From NCBI GenBank assembly GCA_040754455.1, contig JBFMCP010000004.1, positions 1-64,000 on the forward strand: a DNA stretch of 64,000 nt, read 5' to 3'. Numbering within the stretch: the first letter of the stretch is position 1; each line of letters starts with the position of its first letter. The DNA comes from Nitrospirota bacterium (GTDB lineage Bacteria; Nitrospirota; Thermodesulfovibrionia; Thermodesulfovibrionales; Dissulfurispiraceae). A program made the position numbers and the translations under genes. The notes beneath the pieces are model-generated. The model saw nothing but the letters and a program-made list of their open reading frames with translations, was not told the DNA's origin and did not search any database. This document shows, piece by piece, positions 37,272 to 49,767 of the stretch.

Positions 37272-37958
37272 CTATATCGGATTGCCCCATTTCCCTTTCC
37301 TCGTCGGTGCTTTAAGAGCCGCTTGTAACCGCTCCATGAATTCCGAACGGGGGACTTCTTTTGCCCCGAAGCTTATGAGATGCTCTGTCGTCACTTGGCA
37401 ATCGATCATGGTGAAGCCCCACTCGACGAGCCGGCGGACGAGTTTGACAAACGCGACCTTTGATGCATTGCTCCGCTTTGCGAACATGGACTCCCCGAAG
37501 AAAGCACTGCCGAGGGCGATGCCATAGAGTCCGCCGACGAGGCTGCCTTCGTGCCAGCTCTCGACAGAGTGAGCATAGCCTGAACGATGGAGGCGAATAT
37601 AGGCTGCCTCCATTTCCCCCGTAATCCATGTGCCGTCGCTTCTTTTCCGTTTTATAGAAGCACAGTTTCTGATCACCTCTTCAAATGCGGTATCCATCGT
37701 CACCCGGTAGATATCTTTGTTGATGAACTGCCTTAGGCTCCTCGAAATCTTCAGCTCTTCAGGTAACAGGATAAGACGCGGGTCAGGCGACCACCAGAGG
37801 ATCGGATATTCCTCCGAATACCAGGGGAATATGCCCATCGAGTAGGCAAGCAGGAGGCGATCTTCACTCAGATCGCCGCCGACAGCGAGGAGTCCGTCAT
37901 CTTCAGCCAGTTCGGGAGGGGGGAATATAAGCTCTCTGGATAAACGAAAGATAGTCAT
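37272..37958 (-). CDS. aat: leucyl/phenylalanyl-tRNA-protein transferase
   Basis: GLLAVGGDL, GIFPWY, WWSPDPR, GGLYG, FFGESMF, IDCQ. Confidence 0.96.
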   Translation of the reverse strand: MTIFRLSRELIFPPPELAEDDGLLAVGGDLSEDRLLLAYSMGIFPWYSEEYPILWWSPDPRLILLPEELKISRSLRQFINKDIYRVTMDTAFEEVIRNCASIKRKRSDGTWITGEMEAAYIRLHRSGYAHSVESWHEGSLVGGLYGIALGSAFFGESMFAKRSNASKVAFVKLVRRLVEWGFTMIDCQVTTEHLISFGAKEVPRSEFMERLQAALKAPTRKGKWGNPI

Positions 37959-38011
37959 GATCTATTTTAAAGCATGAGCAGAGAAGAAGTATGCGGTGTC
38001 AAAACAGAGGG

Positions 38012-40264
38012 CTAAGAATATTTAAAGGTCAGACGCTCGTCTTCCAGGTCGATGTGTACCTTCCCTCCCTTGATCAGCTTGCCGAAAAGCACTTCCTCGG
38101 AAATGGCGTTCTTCACCTTTTCCTGAATGAGCCGTCCCAGCGGCCGCGCTCCGAAGAGCGGGTCGTATCCGTTTTTTGCAAGCCATTCGCTGGCTGCATC
38201 GGAGAGCGTGATCCGGACCTTTTTCTGGTCGAGCTGGTGCTGCAGTTCGGCAATGAACTTGTCGACGATCTTTCTCATGACCGGCGGCGTTATGGGATTG
38301 AAATTGATAATGCCATCGAGACGGTTCCTGAATTCAGGGCTGAAGAGCCGGTTGACGGCATCGGTACCTTTTGCCTGTGTATCCTTGCTCCGGTCGCCGA
38401 AGCCGACCACGCTCCTCGTCATATCTTTTGCCCCGGCATTGGAGGTCATGATGAGAATGACGTTTCTGAAATCCGCTTTTTTGCCGTTATTGTCGGTCAG
38501 CGTCGCGTAGTCCATCACCTGGAGCAGGATGCTGAAGAGGTCGGGATGTGCCTTCTCGATCTCATCGAGCAGGAGGACGCAATAAGGATGCTTCCTGATC
38601 CCGTCGGTCAGCAATCCTCCCTGGTCGAACCCCACATAGCCCGGAGGCGCCCCGATAAGACGCGCGACCGCATGTTTTTCCATGTATTCGCTCATGTCAA
38701 AGCGCATAAACTGGACGCCGAGCACTGCAGCCATCTGCTTCGATACTTCCGTTTTACCGACACCAGTAGGGCCGGTGAAGAGGAACGATCCGATGGGCCG
38801 GTCAGGTGAGCCGAGGCCTGCCCTGGAGCGCTTGATGGCGGCAACGAGCGAGTGGATCGCGTCATCCTGACCGTAGACCACCCGCTTCAGTTCGTCTTCG
38901 AGCTTTTTCAGCCGGTCCATATCAGAGGTCGATATAGTCCTCGAGGGAATTTTTGCGATCTTTGCTACAACCTTTTCGACATCGGCAACGCCGACGGTCT
39001 TCTTGGCCTTGTACGCGGAAGAGAGCTTCAGCACCGCCCCTGCTTCATCGATCACATCAATCGCCTTATCGGGAAGGTAGCGGTCGTTGATGTACTTGGC
39101 GGAGAGCTCTGCTGCCGCCCGCAGTGCCCCTCTGGTGTAGGTGACGCCGTGGAAGTCCTCATAGTAATCCTTCAATCCGTCGAGAATATGCACGGTCTCC
39201 TCAACGTCCGGCTCCTGAATCTCGATCTTCTGGAACCTCCTCGAGAGTGCACGGTCTTTTTCGAAGTGGTTCTTGTATTCTTCATAGGTCGTTGCGCCGA
39301 TGCAGCGCAGTCTGCCCGAGTTCAGCAGGGGCTTCAGTATGTTCGATGCATCCATGGAGCTGCCGCTCGTTGCGCCGGCGCCGACGACCGTATGGATTTC
39401 GTCGATGAAGAGGATGGCGTTCTTGATCTTTTCAATGCCCTTCATCGCCGCCTTCAGGCGAGCTTCGAAATCGCCCCGGTATTTTGTCCCGGCGAGCAGG
39501 GCCCCCATATCGAGAGAGAATATCTTTACTGACTTGAGTGCATCGGGCACGTTCCCTTCGTGAATTCTTAAAGCAAGGCCTTCGACAATGGCGGTCTTGC
39601 CCACACCGGGCTCGCCGACGAAGATGATATTGTTCTTTCTCCGTCTGCTCAACACCTGAATAGTCCTTTTGAGCTCCATATCGCGCCCGACAAGGGGATC
39701 GATCTCTCCGCACGCTGCCTTTTCGACCAGCTCGACGGTGAATTGTTTCAGAGGATCTCTGCTCGGCGCTCCCCCCTGGCCGGGACGGGGTGCATCCTCC
39801 CTATCCTCGTCTTCCGAAATCGGTTCCTCGGGCATTATTGAGGCGCCGTGGGAAATATAATTGAGAATATCCAACCGTGAAATACCTTCTGACTCGAGGA
39901 AGTAGGCGGCGTGGGAGTCATCTTCGAGAAGAAGGCTCGCCAGGATATCGCCGGCATCGACCTCCTCTTTCCCTGCGGACCTGATGTGGTGGAGCGCCCT
40001 CTGGATCACCCGCTGAAAGCCGACCGTGGTGCGTGGATAGGTATCGGTTTTTTTCGGCAGTTTGGGGACTTTTTCCTGAAAGAACTGTTCAAGCAGGGAC
40101 TTGAGCCGCGCCACATCCCCTCCGCAGCCGGTAATGATCTCGGCACCCCATTCGTCATGGAGCAGCGCGAGCAGGAGGTGCTCGATTGTCAGGTACTCAT
40201 GCCGTCTGCTTTCCGCATCCCGTATGGTTGCCTCGATGGACAGTTCCAGTTCTTTATTGATCAT
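38012..40264 (-). CDS. clpA: ATP-dependent Clp protease ATPase ClpA
   Basis: Two AAA modules ([16 protein letters not shown]), no middle coiled coil; ATGA-coupled to clpS. Confidence 0.95.
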   Translation of the reverse strand: MINKELELSIEATIRDAESRRHEYLTIEHLLLALLHDEWGAEIITGCGGDVARLKSLLEQFFQEKVPKLPKKTDTYPRTTVGFQRVIQRALHHIRSAGKEEVDAGDILASLLLEDDSHAAYFLESEGISRLDILNYISHGASIMPEEPISEDEDREDAPRPGQGGAPSRDPLKQFTVELVEKAACGEIDPLVGRDMELKRTIQVLSRRRKNNIIFVGEPGVGKTAIVEGLALRIHEGNVPDALKSVKIFSLDMGALLAGTKYRGDFEARLKAAMKGIEKIKNAILFIDEIHTVVGAGATSGSSMDASNILKPLLNSGRLRCIGATTYEEYKNHFEKDRALSRRFQKIEIQEPDVEETVHILDGLKDYYEDFHGVTYTRGALRAAAELSAKYINDRYLPDKAIDVIDEAGAVLKLSSAYKAKKTVGVADVEKVVAKIAKIPSRTISTSDMDRLKKLEDELKRVVYGQDDAIHSLVAAIKRSRAGLGSPDRPIGSFLFTGPTGVGKTEVSKQMAAVLGVQFMRFDMSEYMEKHAVARLIGAPPGYVGFDQGGLLTDGIRKHPYCVLLLDEIEKAHPDLFSILLQVMDYATLTDNNGKKADFRNVILIMTSNAGAKDMTRSVVGFGDRSKDTQAKGTDAVNRLFSPEFRNRLDGIINFNPITPPVMRKIVDKFIAELQHQLDQKKVRITLSDAASEWLAKNGYDPLFGARPLGRLIQEKVKNAISEEVLFGKLIKGGKVHIDLEDERLTFKYS

Positions 40265-40575
40265 TCTTTCTCCATTATGCATTTGAGCGGAAACTGGTTC
40301 TTCCGCGCGAGGTCATGCACTGCGGCGACCTTTGTTTCCGCAATGTCCCTGGTATAAACACCGGCGACCCCCCTGCCGTTCTTGTGGACATGGAGCATGA
40401 TCTGCGTTGCCTCGGGAGGCGATTTGTGGAACACCTTCTCGAGGACCAGCACGACGAAGTCCATGGTCGTGTAATCGTCATTCAGAAGAACGACCTTGTA
40501 GAGGCGCGGTGTTGTCGCCTTTTTGCGGGTTTTTACTTCGAGCTCTTCTTCGAATTCGTGGAGATGGTCAGCCAT
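40261..40575 (-). CDS. clpS: ClpS adaptor
   Basis: [25 protein letters not shown]. Confidence 0.96.
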   Translation of the reverse strand: MADHLHEFEEELEVKTRKKATTPRLYKVVLLNDDYTTMDFVVLVLEKVFHKSPPEATQIMLHVHKNGRGVAGVYTRDIAETKVAAVHDLARKNQFPLKCIMEKE

Positions 40576-40621
40576 GTCGATTCGCCCTGTTTGTTGCGGC
40601 AAAAATACCGGTTATCAGAAC

Positions 40622-40825
40622 CTATTTGCAGGAACTGCATGCCCCTGAGCTGCAGGATGAGCATCCTGAAGAGGAGGACTTCTCCACTCCGCTCATGCCG
40701 AATACCGAGAACTTTTTCTCGATATGCTCCGAGGCGCATTTGATACAGGTCACCTTCTGGTTGCCGAACACGAGCTTTTCGAATTCCTGCCCGCACCGGG
40801 TGCACTTATATTCATAAATCGGCAT
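40622..40825 (-). CDS. FmdB-family zinc-ribbon protein
   Basis: [15 protein letters not shown], second CxxC, Cys-rich tail. Confidence 0.88.
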   Translation of the reverse strand: MPIYEYKCTRCGQEFEKLVFGNQKVTCIKCASEHIEKKFSVFGMSGVEKSSSSGCSSCSSGACSSCK

Positions 40826-40995
40826 ATGCTATCACCTTCTATGGTCGTGGAACATTGCTCAATAAACCTTTATTTTAGTATAACATAGTGCTTGCATTAT
40901 TAGAGCAAATCCTTTAAGGTAAAAATAGCGTCAGGAAGGGGCAGAAGAATCACTGTACCTGCAGCGATTCACGAAACGAGCAACAGGAGGAGCTA

Positions 40996-41232
40996 ATGGG
41001 AATAAGCAAGGGTCAAAGCCTTCAGGACAATTTTTTGAACCAGTTGAGAAAAGACAGAATACCGGTCATCATCTATCTTACCAACGGGGTGCGTCTGAAG
41101 GGTGTCGTCAAGGGTTTTGACAATTTTGTTATCCTGATCAAGGAATCAAACGAGCAGCTTATCTACAAACACGCCGTTTCCACGATCGTTCCTGAAAAGC
41201 CCGTCGATCTGAGAGTCGAAAACAGCGATTGA
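40996..41232 (+). CDS. hfq: RNA chaperone Hfq
   Basis: [32 protein letters not shown]. Confidence 0.97.
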   Translation: MGISKGQSLQDNFLNQLRKDRIPVIIYLTNGVRLKGVVKGFDNFVILIKESNEQLIYKHAVSTIVPEKPVDLRVENSD

Positions 41233-41630
41233 TGCAGGCCTTTAGAAATCCCATCCCAACTGTTGATATAATCATCGAATACAGAAACGGCATTGTCCTG
41301 GTGAAGCGCAAGAACCCTCCGTTCGGGTGGGCCATCCCCGGAGGGTTCGTTGATTACGGAGAAAGCCTCGAAAGGGCGGCGGTACGGGAGGCACGAGAGG
41401 AAACCGGGCTGGAGGTGAAGCTTACCAGGCAGATGCATACCTATTCCGATCCCGGAAGGGACGAACGATTCCACACCATTACGACGGTGTATATCGCAAC
41501 GGGAGAGGGAGAAGCGAACGCAGGAGATGATGCAAAGGAAGTCGGTGTCTTTCAGAAGGATACGCTTCCGGAAGACATTGTCTTTGACCATAAGGATATT
41601 CTCAACGATTACTTTACCGGGAGGTATTGA
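41232..41630 (+). CDS. NUDIX hydrolase
   Basis: [25 protein letters not shown]udix box. Confidence 0.93.
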   Translation: MQAFRNPIPTVDIIIEYRNGIVLVKRKNPPFGWAIPGGFVDYGESLERAAVREAREETGLEVKLTRQMHTYSDPGRDERFHTITTVYIATGEGEANAGDDAKEVGVFQKDTLPEDIVFDHKDILNDYFTGRY

Positions 41631-41633
41631 CTC

Positions 41634-42299
41634 ATGCTGCAGTCCATGAGAAAACATGCAAAGTTTTTCTACTTTTTATTTTTTATCGTGATCCTTTCCT
41701 TTGTCTTCTGGGGGGTGGGAACGCAGGACCGGCAGACCACGGTCAGCGTTGCCGAGATAGGCAAGGAGAAGATTACTGCCGAAGAATACTGGAGAACCTA
41801 CGAGCGCATGCGGGAAATGTACCGGGAGATGTACAAGGGGCAGCTCACCGAGGAAGTGGAGAAGAATATGAAGCTCAAGGAAACCGTGCTCAACGGCCTT
41901 GTAGAGGAGAAGGTGCTGCTCGTGGCAGCGCGGGACATCGGCATGACCGTGACCGACAGGGAACTCCAGGATGTGATATCGAACGATCCTCGTTTCATGA
42001 GGGACGGCATCTTCAGACAGGATGTCTACTTCAAGGCGCTTGAGCTTTCGAGAATTACTCCCGAGGCTTTTGAGAATTCACTGCGGGAACAGCTTCTGGC
42101 AGGAAAGATGCGGAGGCTTATCTGGGCTTCTGTTGAGGTGGGTCCCGCTGATCTCAAAAATATGCCGGCAGACGAGAAGCAGGCGGCTGCGATAATGCAG
42201 ACCATGCTCATGAGCAAAAGGAACGAGGCGGTAAAATCCTATGTCGACGGGTTGAAACAGCGGATGAACGTGAAAGTAAACATTGATATTATTTCGTAA
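41634..42299 (+). CDS. SurA/PpiD N-terminal domain protein
   Basis: MLQSMRK + TM helix ending SFVFWG, followed by a helical chaperone-like domain. Confidence 0.8.
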   Translation: MLQSMRKHAKFFYFLFFIVILSFVFWGVGTQDRQTTVSVAEIGKEKITAEEYWRTYERMREMYREMYKGQLTEEVEKNMKLKETVLNGLVEEKVLLVAARDIGMTVTDRELQDVISNDPRFMRDGIFRQDVYFKALELSRITPEAFENSLREQLLAGKMRRLIWASVEVGPADLKNMPADEKQAAAIMQTMLMSKRNEAVKSYVDGLKQRMNVKVNIDIIS

Positions 42300-42481
42300 C
42301 CGACAACAAGGCAGAAATCAGTCGGAGCGACCCTTCGCGTAGACCCGCTTCGGGAAGCCAGAATGCAGAATTCAGAATAACGTATTTTAAAGGGTTTGTG
42401 AATATTTGCCGTTATTCTGACTCCTGAATTCTGGCTTCTGTATTCTAATATTCTGACTTCTTGTTGATAAAAATGGTATAA

Positions 42482-43975
<1,494 letters not shown>

Positions 43976-44044
43976 TCAGATTAAGAAGAAAAGAGCAAAA
44001 TTTAAAAATATGGAATTTTTTTATTTTGATTTTTAATTTAAGAT

Positions 44045-45589
44045 ATGACCCACGATGAAAATAAGATATTAGTGCTCGACTTCGGATCACAGTATACCCA
44101 GCTCATTGCGAGGAGGATACGCGAGGGCAGGGTCTATTCCGAGATATTTCCCTTCAATGCTCCTATGGAGAAGATCAGGGCCTTTAACCCCCGGGGCATT
44201 ATTCTTTCGGGAGGTCCCTCCAGTGTGTATGACGACAAAGCACCGGTGCCGGACCCGGAGGTGTTCAAGCTCGGCATACCGGTCCTCGGCATCTGCTACG
44301 GCATGCAGCTGATGGCACACTATCTGGGAGGAGAAGTGGCGAGGGCTACGAAGCGGGAGTACGGAAGGGCCGAGCTGCTGGTGGATGATGACTCAGACCT
44401 CCTGTGGGGTTTAACCCAAAAGACAAAGGTCTGGATGAGCCACGGCGACAGGATCGAGATACTGCCCGAAGGCTTTTCTATAGCCGGGCATACCGATAAT
44501 TCGCCCATCGCTGCAATGGCAAACAGGGAAAAGAGGTTCTATGCGATACAGTTCCATCCCGAAGTTGTCCATACCGATGAGGGGACACGCATTCTGCATA
44601 ACTTCGTCTACACCATCTGCGGCTGCAAGCCTACTTGGGAAATGGCCTCGTTCATCGAGTGGGCGGTTGCCGATATCCGCTCAAAAGTTGGCAATAAGAA
44701 GGTCATCTGCGCCCTGAGCGGCGGCGTCGATTCTTCGGTAGTCGCCCTGCTCATCCATAAGGCAATCGGAGATAATCTTACCTGCATCTTTGTCGACAAC
44801 GGGCTGTTGAGGAAGGGCGAGGCGGAAAAGGTCAGGAGGACCTTCGAAGACCATTTCCGCATGAAGGTAATCCATGTGGATGCCCGGAAGCGCTTTCTCG
44901 ACAGGCTCTCGGGGATTACTGACCCCGAAAGGAAGCGAAAGATCATCGGCAATGAGTTTATCGTTGTCTTTGAGGAAGAAGCAAAAAAAATCAGCGATGC
45001 CGATTTCCTTGCACAGGGGACGCTCTACCCCGACGTGATCGAGAGCGTTTCGTTCAAAGGCCCCTCTGCAGTGATCAAGAGCCACCATAATGTCGGCGGC
45101 CTGCCTGAGGTGATGAAGCTCAAGCTCATCGAACCTTTGAGAGAGCTGTTTAAGGATGAAGTGAGGGTGCTGGGTGAGGAGCTCGGCCTGCCCGAAGAGA
45201 TCTGCTGGAGGCATCCCTTCCCCGGACCGGGGCTCGCCATCCGGTGCATCGGAGAGATCACGTACGAAAAACTCGAGATCCTGCGAGAAGCAGATGCCAT
45301 CGCCCTTGAGGAGATAAAGATAGCAGGACTCTATCGTGAGATATGGCAGGCCTTTGCTGTGATCCTTCCGGTGAGGACCGTTGGCGTTATGGGCGATGAG
45401 AGGACCTATGATCATGCGGTCGCTATCCGTGCGGTGACCAGCCTCGACGGTATGACCGCTGATTGGGCCAGAATTCCCTATGACATTATGGGAAGGATCT
45501 CCAACAGGATCATCAACGAGGTGAAAGGCGTCAACAGAGTCGTCTACGACATCACCTCAAAGCCCCCCGGAACGATTGAGTGGGAATAA
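44045..45589 (+). CDS. guaA: GMP synthase
   Basis: [38 protein letters not shown]. Confidence 0.98.
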   Translation: MTHDENKILVLDFGSQYTQLIARRIREGRVYSEIFPFNAPMEKIRAFNPRGIILSGGPSSVYDDKAPVPDPEVFKLGIPVLGICYGMQLMAHYLGGEVARATKREYGRAELLVDDDSDLLWGLTQKTKVWMSHGDRIEILPEGFSIAGHTDNSPIAAMANREKRFYAIQFHPEVVHTDEGTRILHNFVYTICGCKPTWEMASFIEWAVADIRSKVGNKKVICALSGGVDSSVVALLIHKAIGDNLTCIFVDNGLLRKGEAEKVRRTFEDHFRMKVIHVDARKRFLDRLSGITDPERKRKIIGNEFIVVFEEEAKKISDADFLAQGTLYPDVIESVSFKGPSAVIKSHHNVGGLPEVMKLKLIEPLRELFKDEVRVLGEELGLPEEICWRHPFPGPGLAIRCIGEITYEKLEILREADAIALEEIKIAGLYREIWQAFAVILPVRTVGVMGDERTYDHAVAIRAVTSLDGMTADWARIPYDIMGRISNRIINEVKGVNRVVYDITSKPPGTIEWE

Positions 45590-45666
45590 ACGCGTTTACA
45601 GCGTTGAGCGTTATTGCGCCAAGCGTATCGGATTATGAAATCACGCTATAGCGCTGATTGCAATTT

Positions 45667-46545
45667 ATGGATCTGAAAACTTATCTCAGAGAAAAAAAAG
45701 ACCTTGTCGATTCTTTTCTGGTCGACTATTTTTCAAGTCCCCTTGCTCCCCCTAAACTCCAGGAGTCACTTGTCTACTCGCTCTCTGCAGGAGGCAAGAG
45801 GGTAAGGCCGGTACTCTGCATCGCCGCATACGAGGCGTGCGGGAAGAATGCGCAGGAAGTCGTACCTTTTGCTGCTGCCCTCGAGCTGATTCACACCTAT
45901 TCCCTGATTCACGATGATCTCCCCGCTATGGACAATGATGACCTGCGGCGCGGCAAGCCTACCAATCACAAGGTGTTCGGTGAAGGCATGGCGATTCTCG
46001 CCGGAGACGGGCTGCTGACCGAGGCCTTCTATCTTCTGTCTTCATCTGACCGCCACCAGCCGTCAGGACTCCTCAAAGTCATTCATGAGGTCGCCAGGGC
46101 CGCGGGGATACGGGGCATGGTCGGGGGACAGGCACAGGATCTTCTGTCTGAGAACACAGAACCTGATGCTGCGACGCTTGCCTATATCCATACGCATAAG
46201 ACCGCCGCATTGATCGCTGCATCGGTAAAGATCGGCGGCATCTTGGCCTGTACCTCTGAAGCGCATCTGAATGCGCTGGCCGAGTATGGCGAGAATATAG
46301 GTCTTGCCTTCCAGGTCATCGATGATATCCTCGATATTGAAGGCGAGACCGAAGTGATCGGCAAGCCGAAAGGTTCCGACGAGAAAAAGAAGAAAATGAC
46401 GTATCCCAAGCTCTACGGCATTGAGAAGTCGAAAGAGAAGGCCAGGGAGTTGATCGATAACGCACTCAAGGCGCTCGAAGTGTTTGATGAAAAGGCCGAT
46501 CCCCTCAGGGCCATTGCGCGGTATCTGCTGGAACGAAAAAATTAG
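45667..46545 (+). CDS. ispA: polyprenyl (farnesyl) diphosphate synthase
   Basis: GGKRVRP, HDDLPAMDNDDLRRG, FQVIDDILD. Confidence 0.93.
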   Translation: MDLKTYLREKKDLVDSFLVDYFSSPLAPPKLQESLVYSLSAGGKRVRPVLCIAAYEACGKNAQEVVPFAAALELIHTYSLIHDDLPAMDNDDLRRGKPTNHKVFGEGMAILAGDGLLTEAFYLLSSSDRHQPSGLLKVIHEVARAAGIRGMVGGQAQDLLSENTEPDAATLAYIHTHKTAALIAASVKIGGILACTSEAHLNALAEYGENIGLAFQVIDDILDIEGETEVIGKPKGSDEKKKKMTYPKLYGIEKSKEKARELIDNALKALEVFDEKADPLRAIARYLLERKN

Positions 46546-46554
46546 GATTTGTGT

Positions 46555-46604
46555 GGCAACGGCAGGGAGGGATACGAATCGGAGCTCCCCTCCCTGCCGC
46601 TGTT
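46555..46604. repeat. GC-rich hairpin related to the ends of the 24812 element; possible terminator after ispA
   Basis: CGGCAGGGAGGG...CCCTCCCTGCCG with internal GGAGCT. Confidence 0.6.
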
Positions 46605-46728
46605 TAACGTTGGTGCAAATCTTCAGAAATCCTGTCTGAAAATACCGTTTCTGCTAAAAATTCAAAATTGGTTTATAATAAATAGACATTTGTTATCTCA
46701 ATAAATTAATGCAGCACATCTTTGTATC

Positions 46729-48627
46729 ATGCTTATAGAACGTATACATACGCCGCGCGACCTGAAGTCCCTCTCTCTAGAAGACCTGAAAGCCCTCGCC
46801 GAGGAATTGCGCGGTCTCATCATCGAACGGGTCTCCATCAATGGCGGGCACCTCGCCTCGAACCTGGGCGTTGTCGAACTGACCATTGCACTTCATCGGG
46901 TCTTCAACTCTCCGACCGACAAGATCGTTTGGGACGTGGGGCACCAATCCTATTCTCATAAACTCCTGACCGGCAGATATACGGAGTTCCCGACGATACG
47001 GCAGTATCAGGGGATATCGGGGTTCCCCCGGATCGGCGAGAGCCCGCATGACGCCTTCGGCACAGGGCACAGCTCTACTTCGATCTCCGCAGCGCTGGGC
47101 ATAGCCGAGGCACGCGAGAGGCTGGGTGAGGAGTTCAAGGTGATCGCCGTCATTGGTGACGGCGCATTGACCTCGGGCCTTGCTTTCGAAGGGCTCAACC
47201 ACGCCGGTCATCTGAAGAAAGATATTGTCGTTATTCTCAACGATAATGAGATGTCCATCTCCCGGAACGTGGGAGCCATGGCCACGTACCTGAGCAAAGT
47301 GCTCACCGGCACATTCTATCAAAAGTTCAAAAAAGAGACGAAGGCCTTTCTGGAAGGTATTCCCAAATTCGGGGAATCGGTGGCCAAGATCGCCCAAAAG
47401 GCAGAGGGAAGCCTGAAGGGTTTCTTCCTTCCCGGTGGATTGTTCGAGGACCTGGGATTCAACTATCTGGGCCCTATCGATGGACACGATATCCCACTGC
47501 TTATCGAGACACTGGAGCGCATCAAAGACAACAGAGAGCCGATGCTCATACATGTTGTTACCAAAAAGGGAAAGGGATACAAGTTCTCTGAAGAGGATCC
47601 CTGCATCTATCATGGTACCGGCCCCTTTGAGGTCGACACCGGCGTTGCAAAAGGCCACGATGCGTGTATCTCATTCAGCGATGCGTTCGGCAAAGCGCTT
47701 GTTGAGCTTGCCGCATCGGACGAACGGATTGTTGCCATCAGTGCGGCGATGAAAGAGGGGACGGGGCTCTCGGCCTTTGCCGATCTGTATCCCGACCGGT
47801 TCTATGATGTCGGCATTGCTGAACCGCATGCAGCCACCTTTGCCGCGGGGCTCGCAACGCAGGGGCTCAGGCCGGTGGTGGCGATCTACTCCAGCTTCCT
47901 CCAGAGGGCCTATGACGAGATCATTCACGATGTCTGCCTCCAGAATCTCCCGGTCATCTTCGCCATCGACAGGGCGGGGATCGTCGGAGAGGACGGTGCA
48001 ACGCACCAGGGACTGTTCGATATCTCTTTCCTGCGTCATATTCCGAATCTCATGGTCATGGCGCCGAGGGATAATCATGAGTTAAAGGCAATGCTGAAAG
48101 TTGCCCTGAAGCATAAAGGCCCTTCTGCGCTTCGTTATCCGAGGGGCAAAATAAGGACGCTGCCGAATCTCGATGTGCGGCATCTGAAAATAGAGGTCGG
48201 CAGAGCAGAGGTGCTTGCGGAAGGTAATGACCTGGCGATCATTACCGTAGGCAATACTGTGTATTCCTCTCTCAAGGCTGCAGAGATGCTGAAGAGAGAG
48301 GGGATCAGCGCCTCGGTGATCAATGCCCGTTTCCTCAAGCCGCTCGACGCTGAGCTGATCATAGCGCTGGCGAAAAAGAATAAGCGTATCATTACGGTAG
48401 AGGAAAACGTTCTCGCAGGGGGCTTTGGTTCTGCGGTGCTCGAATGCCTGAGCAGCGCGGGACTCACTGATATCGCCGTCAAGAGGATCGGTATCGATGA
48501 TGCCTTTGTCGAGCACGGCAGCCAGGCCATTCTCAGAAAAAAATACGGCCTCGATGAGGAAGGAATATACCAGACCGCCCTCTCGTTTTTCCGACGGCCG
48601 CTCCACATCGTCTCTGCTGCACAATAA
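46729..48627 (+). CDS. dxs: 1-deoxy-D-xylulose-5-phosphate synthase
   Basis: GGHLASNLGVVEL, WDVGHQ, GDGALT...LNDNEMSI, DRAG.VGEDG.THQG. Confidence 0.98.
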   Translation: MLIERIHTPRDLKSLSLEDLKALAEELRGLIIERVSINGGHLASNLGVVELTIALHRVFNSPTDKIVWDVGHQSYSHKLLTGRYTEFPTIRQYQGISGFPRIGESPHDAFGTGHSSTSISAALGIAEARERLGEEFKVIAVIGDGALTSGLAFEGLNHAGHLKKDIVVILNDNEMSISRNVGAMATYLSKVLTGTFYQKFKKETKAFLEGIPKFGESVAKIAQKAEGSLKGFFLPGGLFEDLGFNYLGPIDGHDIPLLIETLERIKDNREPMLIHVVTKKGKGYKFSEEDPCIYHGTGPFEVDTGVAKGHDACISFSDAFGKALVELAASDERIVAISAAMKEGTGLSAFADLYPDRFYDVGIAEPHAATFAAGLATQGLRPVVAIYSSFLQRAYDEIIHDVCLQNLPVIFAIDRAGIVGEDGATHQGLFDISFLRHIPNLMVMAPRDNHELKAMLKVALKHKGPSALRYPRGKIRTLPNLDVRHLKIEVGRAEVLAEGNDLAIITVGNTVYSSLKAAEMLKREGISASVINARFLKPLDAELIIALAKKNKRIITVEENVLAGGFGSAVLECLSSAGLTDIAVKRIGIDDAFVEHGSQAILRKKYGLDEEGIYQTALSFFRRPLHIVSAAQ

Positions 48628-48682
48628 CATTTTCCTCCCCTCTTGTGATAAGGTAATTGCATAAGACTTTTGCGTTGGCCAT

Positions 48683-48878
48683 GTTTGAAATTGGTGCAGA
48701 GGTGGTTAACGGGAGGGAGGGGCACTCCGAGGAGCTTTCTCATGCGCGTTTATTTGGACTGAATCTGCCACGCTCTTCATCAAGAATAATTGTTATCACG
48801 AGTTTGCAACCTTGGTGGAAGTATAAGGAAGCGAGATTAAGCGCCTCTCCACACCTCTCCCTGCCCGTGCTGCATTAG
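48683..48878. repeat. diverged second copy of the 24812 inverted-repeat element
   Basis: Shares TTTGAAATT, GGAGCTTTCTCATG, TTTATT, TGCCA, TATCA(C)GAGTTTG, GTGGAAG, AAGCG in the same order; imperfect terminal IR. Confidence 0.75.
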
Positions 48879-48900
48879 TCCAGTATCCTATGAACATACT

Positions 48901-49632
48901 ATGAAAGAGCGTCTCGATAAGGTTCTGGTTGACAGGGGCCTGGCCCCGAGCCGCGAGCGTGCGCGGGCATTGATCATGGAAGGTAAGGTGCTGGTGGGTG
49001 GCATGCCGGCGACCAAGGCAGGGTCCGTGATCGCAGCCGATGCTGCCATAGAGCTGAAAGGCGAGGATATCCCCTATGTCAGCCGCGGCGGACTCAAGCT
49101 CGAGGCTGCACTCGATCATTTCCACATTCCGTTGCAGGACAACGTCGCTATGGATGTGGGGGCGTCCACCGGCGGCTTCACCGATTGCATGCTCCAGCGC
49201 GGCGCCCGCAAAGTCTATTGTGTTGACGTCGGCTACGGCCAGCTTGCCTGGAAGCTGCGGCAGGACCCGCGAGTGACACTGATCGAACGGACCAATATCC
49301 GCTTTCTCGAACGGGAGAGGATACCCGACGACCTCGATATTGTCACGATCGATGTCTCTTTCATCTCTCTCGCAAAGGTTGTCCCCAAAGTCCTGGAATT
49401 TCTTAAGCCCGGAGGAGCAATCATTGCCCTTATCAAGCCGCAGTTCGAGGTGGGCAAAGGAGAGGTGGATAAAGGCGGCATTGTAAAGGATGAGACAAAA
49501 CGGATGAAGGCCGTTGAGCGGGTGAAGGGCGAGCTTGAAGCCCTCGGACTCGAAACAGTTGGCGTGATACCGTCTCCTATTTTAGGACAGAAGGGGAATG
49601 TGGAATTTTTGATTTATCTGATTAAAAGATAA
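48901..49632 (+). CDS. tlyA: TlyA-family rRNA methyltransferase
   Basis: RLDKVLV S4 domain, YVSRGGLKL, DVGASTGGFTD, DVSFISL, KPQFE. Confidence 0.96.
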   Translation: MKERLDKVLVDRGLAPSRERARALIMEGKVLVGGMPATKAGSVIAADAAIELKGEDIPYVSRGGLKLEAALDHFHIPLQDNVAMDVGASTGGFTDCMLQRGARKVYCVDVGYGQLAWKLRQDPRVTLIERTNIRFLERERIPDDLDIVTIDVSFISLAKVVPKVLEFLKPGGAIIALIKPQFEVGKGEVDKGGIVKDETKRMKAVERVKGELEALGLETVGVIPSPILGQKGNVEFLIYLIKR

Positions 49633-49767
49633 AGGTAGTGCTGATTTTCAGTGTTCCTTTTTTTGATTTCAAAGATATTTGTATATTGCTCTTCTGTTTA
49701 GTATATAATATTCATTCCTGTTTTTTAGGAGTGGAGTTCATGATGATCAGGAGTTGCAGAGCGAGTA

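Noticed and set aside
48657..48878. 73-aa ORF between dxs and tlyA
   Set aside because: Coincides with the repeat element; the frame is not kept in the other copy
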